Notes under the pieces: generated by a model
What the model was told of the DNA's origin: nothing
Databases searched by the model: none
What the model saw: the letters and a program-made list of their open reading frames with translations, nothing else
Assembly: GCA_900128585.1 (NCBI GenBank)
Contig: LT642150.1
Location: forward strand, 1-64,000
Reading direction: 5' to 3'
DNA length: 64,000 nucleotides
From: Stramenopiles sp. TOSAG23-3
Lineage: Eukaryota
Part shown: positions 29,962-41,008 of the stretch, one piece after another
How positions within the stretch are numbered: the first letter of the stretch is position 1
Layout of the letters: each line of letters opens with the position of its first letter
Translations under genes and position numbers: made by a program

Positions 29962-32900
29962 ATGAACAAAGAAGCGACTGTACGGGAGCTTGCCTCGCCG
30001 TCGGACGATGCTCCTTTGGTCGACGAGATTACTGAAGTCCAGATGAAGGAGATAAAAGAAGCCTCGAAACGTTTGTCATTCAGCTCAGTTCCCAAAGATG
30101 ATCAAAATGAAACCAAGAATCGCAAGCTCAAGGCGGCTCAAAAAAAGAATGATAGCCTGGTAGACGTGTATCTCCGCTTACGCCCAAAAATTGACGGATC
30201 TGCTGGAGTGGAGACTCTGACCCCCTCTACAAGCAGGGAAGTTATTGCACGGGCGCCACAAGGCGGTCATGCGTACCAAATGGGAGAAAGGGAGACCAAG
30301 TTTACCTTTTCGCACGTTTTCCAAACAAAAACGCTTCAAACTGATATATACGACCGCGTTTCTCGGCCTCTAGTCAAAAGCGTTCTGATGGGAAAACAGG
30401 CGTTATTGTTCGCCTACGGTATGACCAACGCGGGGAAAACGTACACGATTCAGGGCACGAAATCCAATCCGGGGGTTTTGCCTCGTGCTCTAGGAGAGAT
30501 TTTTAAGGCTATTGAGGATGTGGGCCCCGAAGATGAAAGTGTAGGGACGAAAGTAACCGTGTCGTATTTAGAAATTTACAACGAAAAGATATACGATTTA
30601 CTTGCCCCTCCTCCAAAGAACAGCTGGGAAACTAGGAAGCCATTGTCGTTAAAGGAAATACGTGGGCGAGTAGTAGTTCAAGGCCTGCGAAAAAAAATCG
30701 TTTCCGAGACAAGCGAAGCGTTGAGCACAGCAGAGGAAGGCCTGCAAAATAGGGCCGTTGCCGAAACAGTATTGAACTCCGATTCCAGTCGAAGCCATAG
30801 CATTTTTACGATTTACATTCACGGATTAAAGGGTTCCAGCAAAAGGCCAGGAAGGTATTCGATAGTGGACTTGGCGGGTTCCGAGCGTAGCGATCGCACA
30901 AAGGCGACAGGCAGTCGTGCTCGTGAAGCCAACAAGATCAACTCATCCCTGATGCATTTGATACACTGTATTCGACAAATGCGATGGAACCAGACTCACT
31001 CCAATTCCCAGCGCATTGTTCCCTTTCGCGAGACGCGGTTAACCCGGTTATTTCAAGAGTCTTTCGTCGGCAGTAGGGCCGGAAAGATTGCAATGGTAGT
31101 CAATGCGAGTACCGAAGCTGGTGATTTCGACGAAACGCTTCATGTTCTAAAAAACGCGTCTCTCGCACGGTCGGTGTGCATAACAAAAAAGTCAAAAGTA
31201 AATTCATGGAGAAGTATGGCAAGCATGCAAAAGTATGGGCTCGATGGGCGTAGGCGCAAACGCGCCGCTGAAAAGTCGACAGAAGATCTCCAGGCAGATT
31301 CGAACAAGTTGCGAAAACGAAGCAATGACAAAGTAGTAGTCAACAATAATGGTAAGGGGGCCTCAAAAGCGGCTGCACCCCCTGCGCCATCCGTGGCAAT
31401 ACCCCTTCCAGCGATCCCGGATGAAGATCAGATAAACGCCCTCGCAGAAAAGGATACAAAAATTTCAGAACTCAACGCTGAGGTTTCGTCCCTTCGAGAT
31501 GAAATAGCTGCAGTGGAAACAGAGCTCCGCTGGGAAATTGCCCAAGAATTTGAGGTACGATTCAACAAAGCCCAAGAAGATTTTTCTGAGCGACACGAGA
31601 GAATGGTCAAAAGTATGGAAGAAAAGTACAAACGGAAGTTGTCTCTCGCTAGAATGAGTGACATTGGAAATGGCAGAGACTCAGGGGCTGGATACGATGA
31701 AGATGAAATAGAGTGCATGGATGATCAAATTGCCGAGTGTGAGGAGGAAATGACGCGCATGCGGGAACAGCACGCATCGGATATTTCAAAGTTGAAAGAG
31801 GCTCACGAAGTTGTCTTGCAGGAGTCTCGTAGAAAGATCGACCAAATGGAAAATTCCTTAACATCGACAAAGACTTCAATGGCTGATTCAGGAATGCTGA
31901 AGACAAAACTACAACTTGCAATGCAGGATGTCCTACACAAAGACAAGGAACTAAAGAGTGCAAAAACGGAAATCCAAAGTCTCGAGAGCACAATAAAGAG
32001 GCTGCACGAAGCGGTGAAAGTCTCGAGCTCTGAAGCGGAAGAAGAAATTAAATCTATTGTCTTGGAGAAAGAAAATGTTATCCAATCGCAAAAAGGAAAG
32101 ATCGACGCATTGGAAAACCAGGTTAAATTTTCCACAGAGCATCAGCAGAAGATGCTGGACGAGGAAAAGAAGAAAAACGCGCAGTTAGCATCGCAATTAT
32201 CCCAGTTCCAGGCGAAAGCGTCTGAAATGCAAAAAGTGCTGGAGGCTGCACGTAATGAGGTTGAGTCGTCGTCAAAGCTTGCTCAAGATAAGCACGAGAA
32301 AGAAATGGAATCTCTCATGGAAGAGATAGAAACAACAACAGGAGAAAAAGAAGCATTTGAAAACAAATACCAGGTGTGCTGCATGGAGTTAAAAGCGGCT
32401 AGAGAAGAGGTAGAGGAGTTGCAGTCCTCCCAAAAGATGGCGGTCGATGAATTGAGCAAGCAATTAACGGTTGCCAAGAACAGCAAGCTTGAAATTGAAG
32501 CCAATCACAATTCTCATTTAAATAGTGAAACGCGTTCGCTTCAAAACGAGCTCGAAATACAGCGACAAAGCGTCAAAGCCCTACAAAGCCAACTTTTGGA
32601 GGAGAATGAAAACTTTATAGATACCACCAAAGAAAAGGACACGGAGATTGCAAACTACGAGACAAAATTGAAAGAAAGCCAGGACATGAACGTTGCCCTA
32701 GAAGCGGAATTGCGAGCTAGCCAGGATAAAAACAACCATCTTACCGATCGAATGAAAGAGTTGACGGAGCTGAGAGCATTTAATGACAAACACAAGAAGC
32801 ACGATAGTGAAAATGACAAAGCAACCCCTGTTCCAAAAAAGACCCCGAGGCGGAGGAAAAAACTAAGCGATATTAACCCCGATTCGAATATCTTGCAAAC

Positions 32901-33123
32901 TGGCGATAATGAGACGCATAAGAGGGAGACCCCTGCCAAGAGTTCGTCTAAAAAACCAAAATCAAACGCCAAACAGTTTGCGCGTACAGTAAAAGGTTCA
33001 TTCCGTGGTTTTAAATCGCTTTTAAGCAGATCTGCAACGAAAGCTTCGCCAAGTCAGCCGGAGGCTCCCATCGCCCGCCGTACTAGGTCCAGCCGAAGAG
33101 GATCCGTGGTTGATCGTTTGTAA
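29962..33123 (+). CDS. Kinesin-6 family motor (KIF20/KIF23/MKLP-like)
   Basis: VYLRLRP, P-loop LLFAYGMTNAGKTYT (kinesin-6 type), NSDSSRSHSIF, VDLAGSER and VPFRETRLTRLFQ, followed by a long coiled coil; first ATG at 29962. Confidence 0.88.
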   Translation: MNKEATVRELASPSDDAPLVDEITEVQMKEIKEASKRLSFSSVPKDDQNETKNRKLKAAQKKNDSLVDVYLRLRPKIDGSAGVETLTPSTSREVIARAPQGGHAYQMGERETKFTFSHVFQTKTLQTDIYDRVSRPLVKSVLMGKQALLFAYGMTNAGKTYTIQGTKSNPGVLPRALGEIFKAIEDVGPEDESVGTKVTVSYLEIYNEKIYDLLAPPPKNSWETRKPLSLKEIRGRVVVQGLRKKIVSETSEALSTAEEGLQNRAVAETVLNSDSSRSHSIFTIYIHGLKGSSKRPGRYSIVDLAGSERSDRTKATGSRAREANKINSSLMHLIHCIRQMRWNQTHSNSQRIVPFRETRLTRLFQESFVGSRAGKIAMVVNASTEAGDFDETLHVLKNASLARSVCITKKSKVNSWRSMASMQKYGLDGRRRKRAAEKSTEDLQADSNKLRKRSNDKVVVNNNGKGASKAAAPPAPSVAIPLPAIPDEDQINALAEKDTKISELNAEVSSLRDEIAAVETELRWEIAQEFEVRFNKAQEDFSERHERMVKSMEEKYKRKLSLARMSDIGNGRDSGAGYDEDEIECMDDQIAECEEEMTRMREQHASDISKLKEAHEVVLQESRRKIDQMENSLTSTKTSMADSGMLKTKLQLAMQDVLHKDKELKSAKTEIQSLESTIKRLHEAVKVSSSEAEEEIKSIVLEKENVIQSQKGKIDALENQVKFSTEHQQKMLDEEKKKNAQLASQLSQFQAKASEMQKVLEAARNEVESSSKLAQDKHEKEMESLMEEIETTTGEKEAFENKYQVCCMELKAAREEVEELQSSQKMAVDELSKQLTVAKNSKLEIEANHNSHLNSETRSLQNELEIQRQSVKALQSQLLEENENFIDTTKEKDTEIANYETKLKESQDMNVALEAELRASQDKNNHLTDRMKELTELRAFNDKHKKHDSENDKATPVPKKTPRRRKKLSDINPDSNILQTGDNETHKRETPAKSSSKKPKSNAKQFARTVKGSFRGFKSLLSRSATKASPSQPEAPIARRTRSSRRGSVVDRL

Positions 33124-33332
33124 TTATAACTCGGGTACGTCCGCGGATTTTTTGTTCACAGAGTACTTACAAGTATGACTCGGTACTAGGTACTCATGTA
33201 TTAAACAAGAAAATTGGCTGTTATTTAGGTATATTTAAAATTTATGTCCAGTAAAGTTTTACTTCCTTCATGTGATTAACATCACCAAGGTAGCTGGGAT
33301 TCGTTGCCCCAGGCAATTACCGAGCATTAAAG

Positions 33333-34295
33333 TTATGCCTTAACATCTGCTTTACCAACAGCGTGGTGGTAGCACCGAAGGAGATTTCTTTCCAACATTG
33401 CAACTGTGACTTTCCCGACGAGCGGCACGTATCTTACGCCTGGGATTTTCAGCACGGCCTCTTTGTCAATATTCTTGAACGAGGAGACGTTAATGACTAC
33501 TGTATTAGGCTGAATCCACTCGTTGGGAATTCGGTACGATTTCGTGGGCACCCCTGTGACAATAATCTGCGAAGCTCTGCAGGCTTCCTCCGTGGTGGCT
33601 TGAGAAAGTTTCTTCGCGGTTTTTGTTACGAGAAACGTCGAATCGATATCAATGGAGTACACATCTGCGCCATCGTTTGCAAACATTGCTGCCAACGGAC
33701 GACCAACGATTTCACTTCTATTTATCACAGTAACTGTCTTACCAGATAATGAATTTCCATTATCGCGATAAATGCCCAGGTATTCCACTATTTTGACCAC
33801 CGCCAAAGGGGTACAGGGCAAAATTGATTTTCGGGTATTGTGCGGTGGGTCCATGAAGCGAATGTTGCGGTACAGGTTTGAACGGTGCGGAAAGCACAAG
33901 CCCTCGATGTCCTTTTCAGGGATTATGCAATCTCTTAAATAATCATCCATACTAGTCCCGTAGAACGATTTCTCATTCCCAAACACAGGATAGTAAATCA
34001 TCACTCCGTGAACGGTCGGGTCCTCGTTGGCTTTGTAAATTTTTGACTCAAGCTCCATCCTGTCGACGCAACGTAGAACGAAGTTTATACCGTCTTTTTC
34101 GCATGCACTCTTTGTCCACCGGGCATACGCTTTTGCAGCAGGATCGTCGTTAGCTAAAAAACCAACTAAGGTAGGCAAAGTTGACGAAGTTAAGTTCTTG
34201 ATACTTCCTTTAATGCTTTCCCGATAGCTGGATGAAATCTTTTGGGCGCTGACGAGCCCACCCGGGGCCTTGGCTTTAGCTGCAATATTTGCCAT
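33333..34295 (-). CDS. MTD1: NAD-dependent methylenetetrahydrofolate dehydrogenase (monofunctional, yeast Mtd1 type)
   Basis: DPAAKAYARWT, GVMIYYPVF, KDIEGL, ILPCTPLAVVK and INRSEIVGRPLAAMFANDGA are Mtd1-type rather than FolD-type motifs. Confidence 0.92.
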   Translation of the reverse strand: MANIAAKAKAPGGLVSAQKISSSYRESIKGSIKNLTSSTLPTLVGFLANDDPAAKAYARWTKSACEKDGINFVLRCVDRMELESKIYKANEDPTVHGVMIYYPVFGNEKSFYGTSMDDYLRDCIIPEKDIEGLCFPHRSNLYRNIRFMDPPHNTRKSILPCTPLAVVKIVEYLGIYRDNGNSLSGKTVTVINRSEIVGRPLAAMFANDGADVYSIDIDSTFLVTKTAKKLSQATTEEACRASQIIVTGVPTKSYRIPNEWIQPNTVVINVSSFKNIDKEAVLKIPGVRYVPLVGKVTVAMLERNLLRCYHHAVGKADVKA

Positions 34296-34584
34296 TCTTA
34301 AACTCTGTGAGTGTATTGTTCGGAAACAACTATGGATAATGCTGGTAGCAATTTATTCTTATGGGCATTGAATGAGATTCGATTATGTTTTACATCATCA
34401 TGAAAATGTATATATATATTAATGCTACAACAGAAATATTCTGTTTCTATCAAATCTTTTTTGTGTGGTATTCAGTCAAATATATGGTGGTGGTGGTGGG
34501 GGTGGTGTGGTGTTTTTTTCTTGTTGTTTCCTCCTGTTGTGTTATGTGTTAGTAGTTATTGGCTATTTTAAATTGAAGGAAAGA

Positions 34585-34623
34585 GAAGAAGAAGAAGAAG
34601 AAGAAGAAGAAGAAGAAGAAGAA
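34585..34623. repeat. (GAA)13 microsatellite
   Basis: Direct read; lies in the divergent MTD1/cereblon spacer. Confidence 0.9.
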
Positions 34624-35003
34624 AAAAAAGAAAGCGGGTGGGTGGTGTCATTGATGGATTGATTGGCAAGAAGAAGAAATATATTTAAAAAATATATAAT
34701 TAAATAAATAATGCTGTGTTAATGTATTTACAATTTTACTATTAAATACCAAGCAGGTGGATGGAACTCTTCTTAAATAAAGAAAAAAAAAAGAAGATGA
34801 CGACGCGGTGAGCGGTGACCCCCCCCTCCTCCTCGTTGTTTAAAAGTGTTTGTATTTTTTTATTTTTACGCGACGGTAGCACGCGGGTATCTAATAATAG
34901 AAGCAACACCCAATATACGAGTTGGTAGTGTTTTTTCTTCTCTCTCTAGCAAGCAGCACCATTTTTGCAGAAGAAACGGTATATAACAGAGCGCACAGGT
35001 TCT

Positions 35004-36224
35004 ATGGCGTCTTTTGCGGGGCATGGAACCACTGCACCTGCCTCAAGCCACACGTATCTTAATTTTGAAAGTGACCAGAACCCTTTTGGTGGTCGGCAAT
35101 TCCTCAACGTTGGTACAAACGAACACGTCTATTTGACCATCCTAACTGTTGATCTAGTGCTGTTTCCGAACGCCATACTTCCCTTACTGACTCGGGGTGA
35201 AGCAGAGAAGCAAATAATAGAGGAGATCATTGGGACGAAACCACTCGATCTATTACGCCCTGGACGTTTTGAACGGGACCTCTCCTTGGAGCACCGAAAA
35301 GGTTTTTTTGGGGTGTGCTTGAGAACAGGTAGCGGGGTAGCAAAGGTTGGTACTTTGGCAGAAATTTATAGGCATGGACGTTTTGAACAAATTGACTTGG
35401 TGGACGACGACGATGAGGTCCAGGGAGGTTCTGATGGCACCGTAGATGTAAATATAGTTGCGAAAGGTCGAAAAAGGTTCGAAATTGTAAAACTGTCTGG
35501 CGTCTTAACTTCGCGAATGATGGTTGCAATAATAAGACTATTGCCCGATGGCGAAAATACGAAACTGCCAAAGGAACACCCGCACTCTGCAGTCCCAAGA
35601 TTTGTTTGGAAAATGCATGACTGCAGTGATTTGCTCCAAAAAATAATTGTAAATATGTGCAAAAATGGGCTCCAGACATTGGCCGAGAAAATGCCTCATG
35701 GTACACCGTGTACTAAATCCTTCTGGTTGGCCATCAATCTTCCTTTGAGTGTGCCGTTGAAGTACGAAATGCTTACATTGAAGTCAACATTTCACCGTCT
35801 GAATTTTGTACACAAATATCTCGAATCGATGTCAATAGAAACGTTTGCTTGCAAGTATTGCCGTTCGCCCTTCTGCCGCCCTTCTGATGTATTCAGCATG
35901 TCGGACGAAGGTGTAACCGCAGCGTATGTAAACCCCCAAGGATACGTACACCAAATAATGACTTTAAAAACCGTGAATATGGACGCTATCTCTACAAGTG
36001 GTGAAGCGGTAACAGAGCACAGTTGGTTTCCTGGATTTGCTTGGACAATTATAAATTGCATCGTATGTGGGAACCATTTCGGGTGGATGTTTACTGCAGT
36101 CGACGACTCGTGCCATCCCTCGAAATTCTTTGGAATTCGAAAAGACGCTGTTATCGTTTGGAATAACTTACCTGTCGTCGACCGAGCAATGCCCGTGCTC
36201 GCCGCACCCGTGCCCACAGGTTGA
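35004..36224 (+). CDS. CRBN: Cereblon (LON-N + CULT domains)
   Basis: N-terminal HTYL, LON-N domain (VLFPNAILPL...), CxxC...YVNPQGYVH...HSWFPGFAWTIINCIVCGNHFGWMF. Confidence 0.95.
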   Translation: MASFAGHGTTAPASSHTYLNFESDQNPFGGRQFLNVGTNEHVYLTILTVDLVLFPNAILPLLTRGEAEKQIIEEIIGTKPLDLLRPGRFERDLSLEHRKGFFGVCLRTGSGVAKVGTLAEIYRHGRFEQIDLVDDDDEVQGGSDGTVDVNIVAKGRKRFEIVKLSGVLTSRMMVAIIRLLPDGENTKLPKEHPHSAVPRFVWKMHDCSDLLQKIIVNMCKNGLQTLAEKMPHGTPCTKSFWLAINLPLSVPLKYEMLTLKSTFHRLNFVHKYLESMSIETFACKYCRSPFCRPSDVFSMSDEGVTAAYVNPQGYVHQIMTLKTVNMDAISTSGEAVTEHSWFPGFAWTIINCIVCGNHFGWMFTAVDDSCHPSKFFGIRKDAVIVWNNLPVVDRAMPVLAAPVPTG

Positions 36225-36814
36225 GAGACAAAGAAGAAGAGGAGCCCCCCCTCGACCCTCGATCTGAATGAATGATGATTATAATTATTATGTCATACTT
36301 AGGATTAGCAACGGTAATGTAGAAGTACAATAAACCATATACTAATAAATTACTCCTAGTAATCGAGCTCCTTGTCATTTCGCGCGTGATTAAAAAATTT
36401 TCAAGAAATTGTTTAACATTCATAGAGCATTAGTTTGGTAATTGATTCATTTTCATATTTCTTGCTGTGCCCTGTGTATATATTATATGAAAAACTATAT
36501 ATTTTTTTGTTGGTGATATATTACGACCACCCTACTACTTCTTCACTCCTGATTCTCCACGAAGAATAAAACCTACACGCGAATGAAAGCATTTATCCAT
36601 TTGTGTTCGGTTTCTATATGTATATTAAATTCAACCCACTTTAATTTCGAAGAGAAAAATTAATGCAAGCAGAGGAATACCAAATCTTTCTCGCGTCGTA
36701 ATATTTCCAGGCACCGACGAAAATTCCTACATATAGCTAGTCCCAACACAAGCCTTTCAAACCCAGCAGCATTATCTCCACTGCGTCATAGTTTCGCATC
36801 AGCCAAACAAAATT

Positions 36815-39800
36815 ATGTCTTCTTTAGACAAATTATCGATACAAGGGATACGTTCGTTCTCGCCGTACAAGAACCAAACGATTGAATTTTACAAACCATT
36901 GACGTTCATAGTTGGCCCTAATGGTTGCGGGAAAACGACCACAATTGAGTGTTTAAAGTATGCAACTACTGGAGTGCTTCCCCCAGGGTCCGACCAAGGG
37001 AAAAACTTCGTGCACGATCCGACAATAGCGGGTGAGGACCATGTTAGCGGAGTAGTAAAGCTGAAATTCTTTGATAAGACTGGGGATCGCCCGATGAAGG
37101 TTACCCGCGTGATGAAACTAAGAAAGAAAAAAACCAAACTAGAGTTCAAGACAATGGACAGCACGATCGAGCTTATCGATGACCAGGGCAGACTGAAAAG
37201 TTTGAACCACAAGGTGCAAGACACTAATACAATGATACCTGAGTTCCTCGCGTGCTCGAAAGCTGTTTTGGACAATGTTATTTTTACGCACCAAGAAGAG
37301 TCCAATTGGCCGCTTGGAGACAAGGCAGAGCTGAAACGCCGTTTTGATCAAATTTTTGAATCTACTAGGTACACAAAAGCGCTGGACGATCTTCTAAAGC
37401 AAAAGAAAGCGAACAAGAAAAAAGCCGACGAGGCACGGAACAACCTGAATTTAATCAACAAAGATCTTGAGCAGTACAGGAAAGAGAAGGCAAACTTGGA
37501 AAAGGTGCAGCTACGCTTAGATGAACTGCTAGAGGGGCGTGCCCAGCTGCAATCAAAGTTAAACGCCGCAGAGGAGGAGTGTACCCAGTTGAATACTGTC
37601 ATAAGGGAAGCAGGTGGTATCAAGCAGACCGTCCAAAACCTGAGGGTGCGACTCGAGTCAAACCAGGAAGAGGCAAAGCGCGTCGAGGATTCCATCGAAA
37701 CTCTATTCACAGAATCTTTGGAAGAGTTGACGGCCATGGCCCAACGAATTGCTGATAAAGAGGAACATGGAAAGCATCAAATCGATTCATTGCGAGACCA
37801 AAAGGGGCGCTGTGAAAAGGATATGACGAAGGTCCAGGTTGAAAAAGAGAAAATAATAACTAGTCTCGCGAAATTGAACCATGAGCATGCGGAAGCGACA
37901 AAGTTTCGAAAGGTGCACTTCGAGAATATGTCTCGTATATGTCGAAAGTACACAATTGGAGGCAGCCCCGCAAGCGAGGAGGAAGTCAACGCGGCATCGT
38001 CCAAGCGTGTATTACGCTCGTTTCACAATATTCAAATGGAATTGAAAAGGAAATTTGAAAGTTGTACCGCAGACGTAGAAAAAGCAAGGAAGGAATTCAA
38101 CTCCGCGGAGTCGAAACTGAAGTTGGAGGAACAGTCCAGTAGTCGCCAGATTGCTGACCGGCAGCAACGGAAGGAAAAGATTACGTCGCAGATTCAGAAA
38201 GAACGGGACAAATTGGCGAGCATGGGAAACAATCAATCAAGGATGGCGGCAAGGAAAGCTAAAAACGAAAAAGATATCGCCCGTTCAATGGCTTCACTGC
38301 AAAACCAAGAAAATGGGTCCGAAGAAGACGGTGCCAAGGCAAAGGTAAACGACTTGGACACTGAGAAGCACAATTTGCGGTCTGAAATACAAGTTTTGCG
38401 GCAAGAATGCGAAGAGTACGAACGCTCATCTTCCTTAATTGCAAATATTGAGAGGAAGAAAGAGATTTGGGATAACGAGAAGGCCAAGCTGTCTGCCCTG
38501 GAAAAGGAGTTACTGCCAGATCTGCGCGACCTTTGCGACGATACCAGCGCAGACGTTACTTTGTTGGCGGATCGAGTACAATCTATTGTGAAGCGAAAGC
38601 AGACTGCCCAGCAAGAGAGTGCTGAGCAATTAGTAAATTGCAAAGGTGACCGCCGGGCAACAGAGATGACTGTCAATGCGTTGATAAAATCGCATGGCAA
38701 AGACGAAAGTGCATTGCGAAAGCGAAGGGGTGATCTTGAAAATAAGATTTTGCCTATCATGCGCAGGCACAGTCAGGGTGACGTAGGCGACATTACCAAG
38801 GGTCCCGAAACGTTGTCTCTGTTGAGGGAGAAATTGGCCGAAGTGAATTCAAAACATCATATGAACGATGCGATGGCGAAAATAGCGCAAATGGCAATAA
38901 CCCATAGCAAACAAGACCACGAATGCTTACTTTGCAGACGCAAGTTCGGCGATCGTGGTGCTGTTAATGATTTTATCGAAAGTATGAACTCCCAAATGAA
39001 CCAAAATGCTAACGCCGGAGACGCCGTTTCAAAAGCCGAGACCCTCAAAAAGGACATACAGTCTCTGGAACAGCATTTGTCGGATTATAAGAATGTGTGG
39101 CAAAAGGAAAATGCTCGGGTGGAAGAGCAGGCAAACACGTTGGAAGAGGCTAGGGTAAACCTGGAAACCTTAAGCGAAAAGGTCGTCAGCATCGAAAAAC
39201 AAAATCTGAACAATGTCGAGGCTTTGGACGAGGCAAGGAAAGTTCTGGCAGTTACAGAGAAGTATCTGAGCCAGGCCGAGTTATGCAAAGTATCCGCGGA
39301 AAAGTACGAGGATTTGAGGTTCAATCTGAGCGGCGGCGTAAACTTTTCAGACAACAAAAAGAATTTGGAAAGTATCAGGAAAGACAAAACGGAAAAAGAG
39401 AACGAGCTGGATGATCTCGAAGCAAAAATCGCCAACGAACGGCGAAAGCTTGAAAAGCTGCAGGAAGAAAGGCGAACCGCCGAGAAGGCCCACCAGGCCC
39501 TCCTCGAAGAACGGCACCGCATCGAAAAAGACATGCATGCTTCCAAAGAAATTGAAGACAAAATAGCACGTATGATTGCCGAAAAAAAGTCAATTGACAA
39601 CGAGATCGATTCGTTACGTAATTCGTTAAAACCAGAACGAGAAAGGCTTGAGCAGCAGATTACCATGAAGACCTCTGTGTTGAAGGGTTCCGAACGTGCG
39701 CTGGAAGAAGCCAAATCCGAATTTTCAAAGTGCGAAAAAGATTTGAATGGGTTTGAAACTTCGCATCAAAATTTAGCTAAGTTTCAGTCCCGTGATTTAG

Positions 39801-40846
39801 AGGCACAAGTTGATTCCGAGAAGGAAAGGTTAGGGCAGAGAGAACAGCAGTTGCTTGGTCTTAAACAGCAGTTCGAAAACTTGTCGCAACAAATCGAGCA
39901 TTTGATGAGCCAGAGTGACGGGAGCAAAATGAACAACTTTAAGAATAACATTCGTCTTCGTCAAATCGAAGAGGAAATCAAAGATTTGTCTGCTTCAATT
40001 GCTGCAAAAGAGAGCAGGCTGGAAAAGTTAGATGCACGGCGGTGCCAACAACGCTACGGTGAGCTGGATTCCGAGATGTACAAGTTGAACACCCAGCTCG
40101 CGAACGAACAGGGCACCGAGACAGTCCTCCAAAAGCAGAAGGAAGACTTAGAGCTTATCTTGAGGGACCAGAAGTACAGAAAAATTGAAGATCGACACTC
40201 GGAAATTGTTATTGAGCACCAGACGCTGTTGATGACAGTTTCTGATTTGGACAAGTACTACAAAGCGCTTGATAGCGCTTTACACCAGTACCACAGCACA
40301 AAAATAGCCGAAATTAACAGCATAATCAAAGAGTTGTGGCAATTGACGTATCGTGGTGGCGATATCGACACGATCGAAATTAGATCCGATGCAAACGAGA
40401 AGAAAGGCGGCAGGGGAGGAAGGAGCTACAATTATAGGGTTGTCATGAAAAAAGGCGCCTCGTCGGGGACTAAAGCACTAGACATGCGGGGCCACTGCAG
40501 TGCTGGCCAAAAAGTGCTGGCTTGCTTAATTGTTCGCCTTGCACTTGCGGAAACGTTTTCTGGCGATTGCGGAATATTTTGTCTGGATGAACCTACGACT
40601 AACCTCGATGAAGCGAACAAGAAAGGTTTTGCGGAAGCGTTGCAACAAATTTTGGAAGCCAGGGCAAAGCAGTCTAATTTCCAGCTGGTTGTAATAACTC
40701 ACGACGAGGAGTTCATGGAGAATCTGTCCAGCCAGCAGTCTCTGGGGGGAGGGTTGCCCCGCCATTTCTTTAAAATCAACCGCGAAGAGGACCAAAACAA
40801 CCCAGGGCAATACTACAGTGTTGCGAAACGGCACAGTTACGTGTAA
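36815..40846 (+). CDS. RAD50: DNA repair protein RAD50
   Basis: GIRSF, Walker A GPNGCGKTT, zinc hook CLLC, signature MRGHCSAGQK, Walker B LDEPTTNLD and VITHD. Confidence 0.97.
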   Translation: MSSLDKLSIQGIRSFSPYKNQTIEFYKPLTFIVGPNGCGKTTTIECLKYATTGVLPPGSDQGKNFVHDPTIAGEDHVSGVVKLKFFDKTGDRPMKVTRVMKLRKKKTKLEFKTMDSTIELIDDQGRLKSLNHKVQDTNTMIPEFLACSKAVLDNVIFTHQEESNWPLGDKAELKRRFDQIFESTRYTKALDDLLKQKKANKKKADEARNNLNLINKDLEQYRKEKANLEKVQLRLDELLEGRAQLQSKLNAAEEECTQLNTVIREAGGIKQTVQNLRVRLESNQEEAKRVEDSIETLFTESLEELTAMAQRIADKEEHGKHQIDSLRDQKGRCEKDMTKVQVEKEKIITSLAKLNHEHAEATKFRKVHFENMSRICRKYTIGGSPASEEEVNAASSKRVLRSFHNIQMELKRKFESCTADVEKARKEFNSAESKLKLEEQSSSRQIADRQQRKEKITSQIQKERDKLASMGNNQSRMAARKAKNEKDIARSMASLQNQENGSEEDGAKAKVNDLDTEKHNLRSEIQVLRQECEEYERSSSLIANIERKKEIWDNEKAKLSALEKELLPDLRDLCDDTSADVTLLADRVQSIVKRKQTAQQESAEQLVNCKGDRRATEMTVNALIKSHGKDESALRKRRGDLENKILPIMRRHSQGDVGDITKGPETLSLLREKLAEVNSKHHMNDAMAKIAQMAITHSKQDHECLLCRRKFGDRGAVNDFIESMNSQMNQNANAGDAVSKAETLKKDIQSLEQHLSDYKNVWQKENARVEEQANTLEEARVNLETLSEKVVSIEKQNLNNVEALDEARKVLAVTEKYLSQAELCKVSAEKYEDLRFNLSGGVNFSDNKKNLESIRKDKTEKENELDDLEAKIANERRKLEKLQEERRTAEKAHQALLEERHRIEKDMHASKEIEDKIARMIAEKKSIDNEIDSLRNSLKPERERLEQQITMKTSVLKGSERALEEAKSEFSKCEKDLNGFETSHQNLAKFQSRDLEAQVDSEKERLGQREQQLLGLKQQFENLSQQIEHLMSQSDGSKMNNFKNNIRLRQIEEEIKDLSASIAAKESRLEKLDARRCQQRYGELDSEMYKLNTQLANEQGTETVLQKQKEDLELILRDQKYRKIEDRHSEIVIEHQTLLMTVSDLDKYYKALDSALHQYHSTKIAEINSIIKELWQLTYRGGDIDTIEIRSDANEKKGGRGGRSYNYRVVMKKGASSGTKALDMRGHCSAGQKVLACLIVRLALAETFSGDCGIFCLDEPTTNLDEANKKGFAEALQQILEARAKQSNFQLVVITHDEEFMENLSSQQSLGGGLPRHFFKINREEDQNNPGQYYSVAKRHSYV

Positions 40847-41008
40847 CGCCCTTTATAAATTTCCTCGCAGGGTCTGTAATTAGTTAACGTACCATTTGAA
40901 AAAAAACAAATTCCATTTGATACTTACTCTTATGATATATTATATTATATCTTATTCTTATTTCTTACGAATATATTAAGAGTTCTTAACAAGAATTCTT
41001 CTTTAGTT

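Noticed and set aside
33289-33321. Small hairpin (CTGGG...CCCAG) just 3' of MTD1
   Set aside because: Short stem compatible with chance; no recognisable RNA motif.
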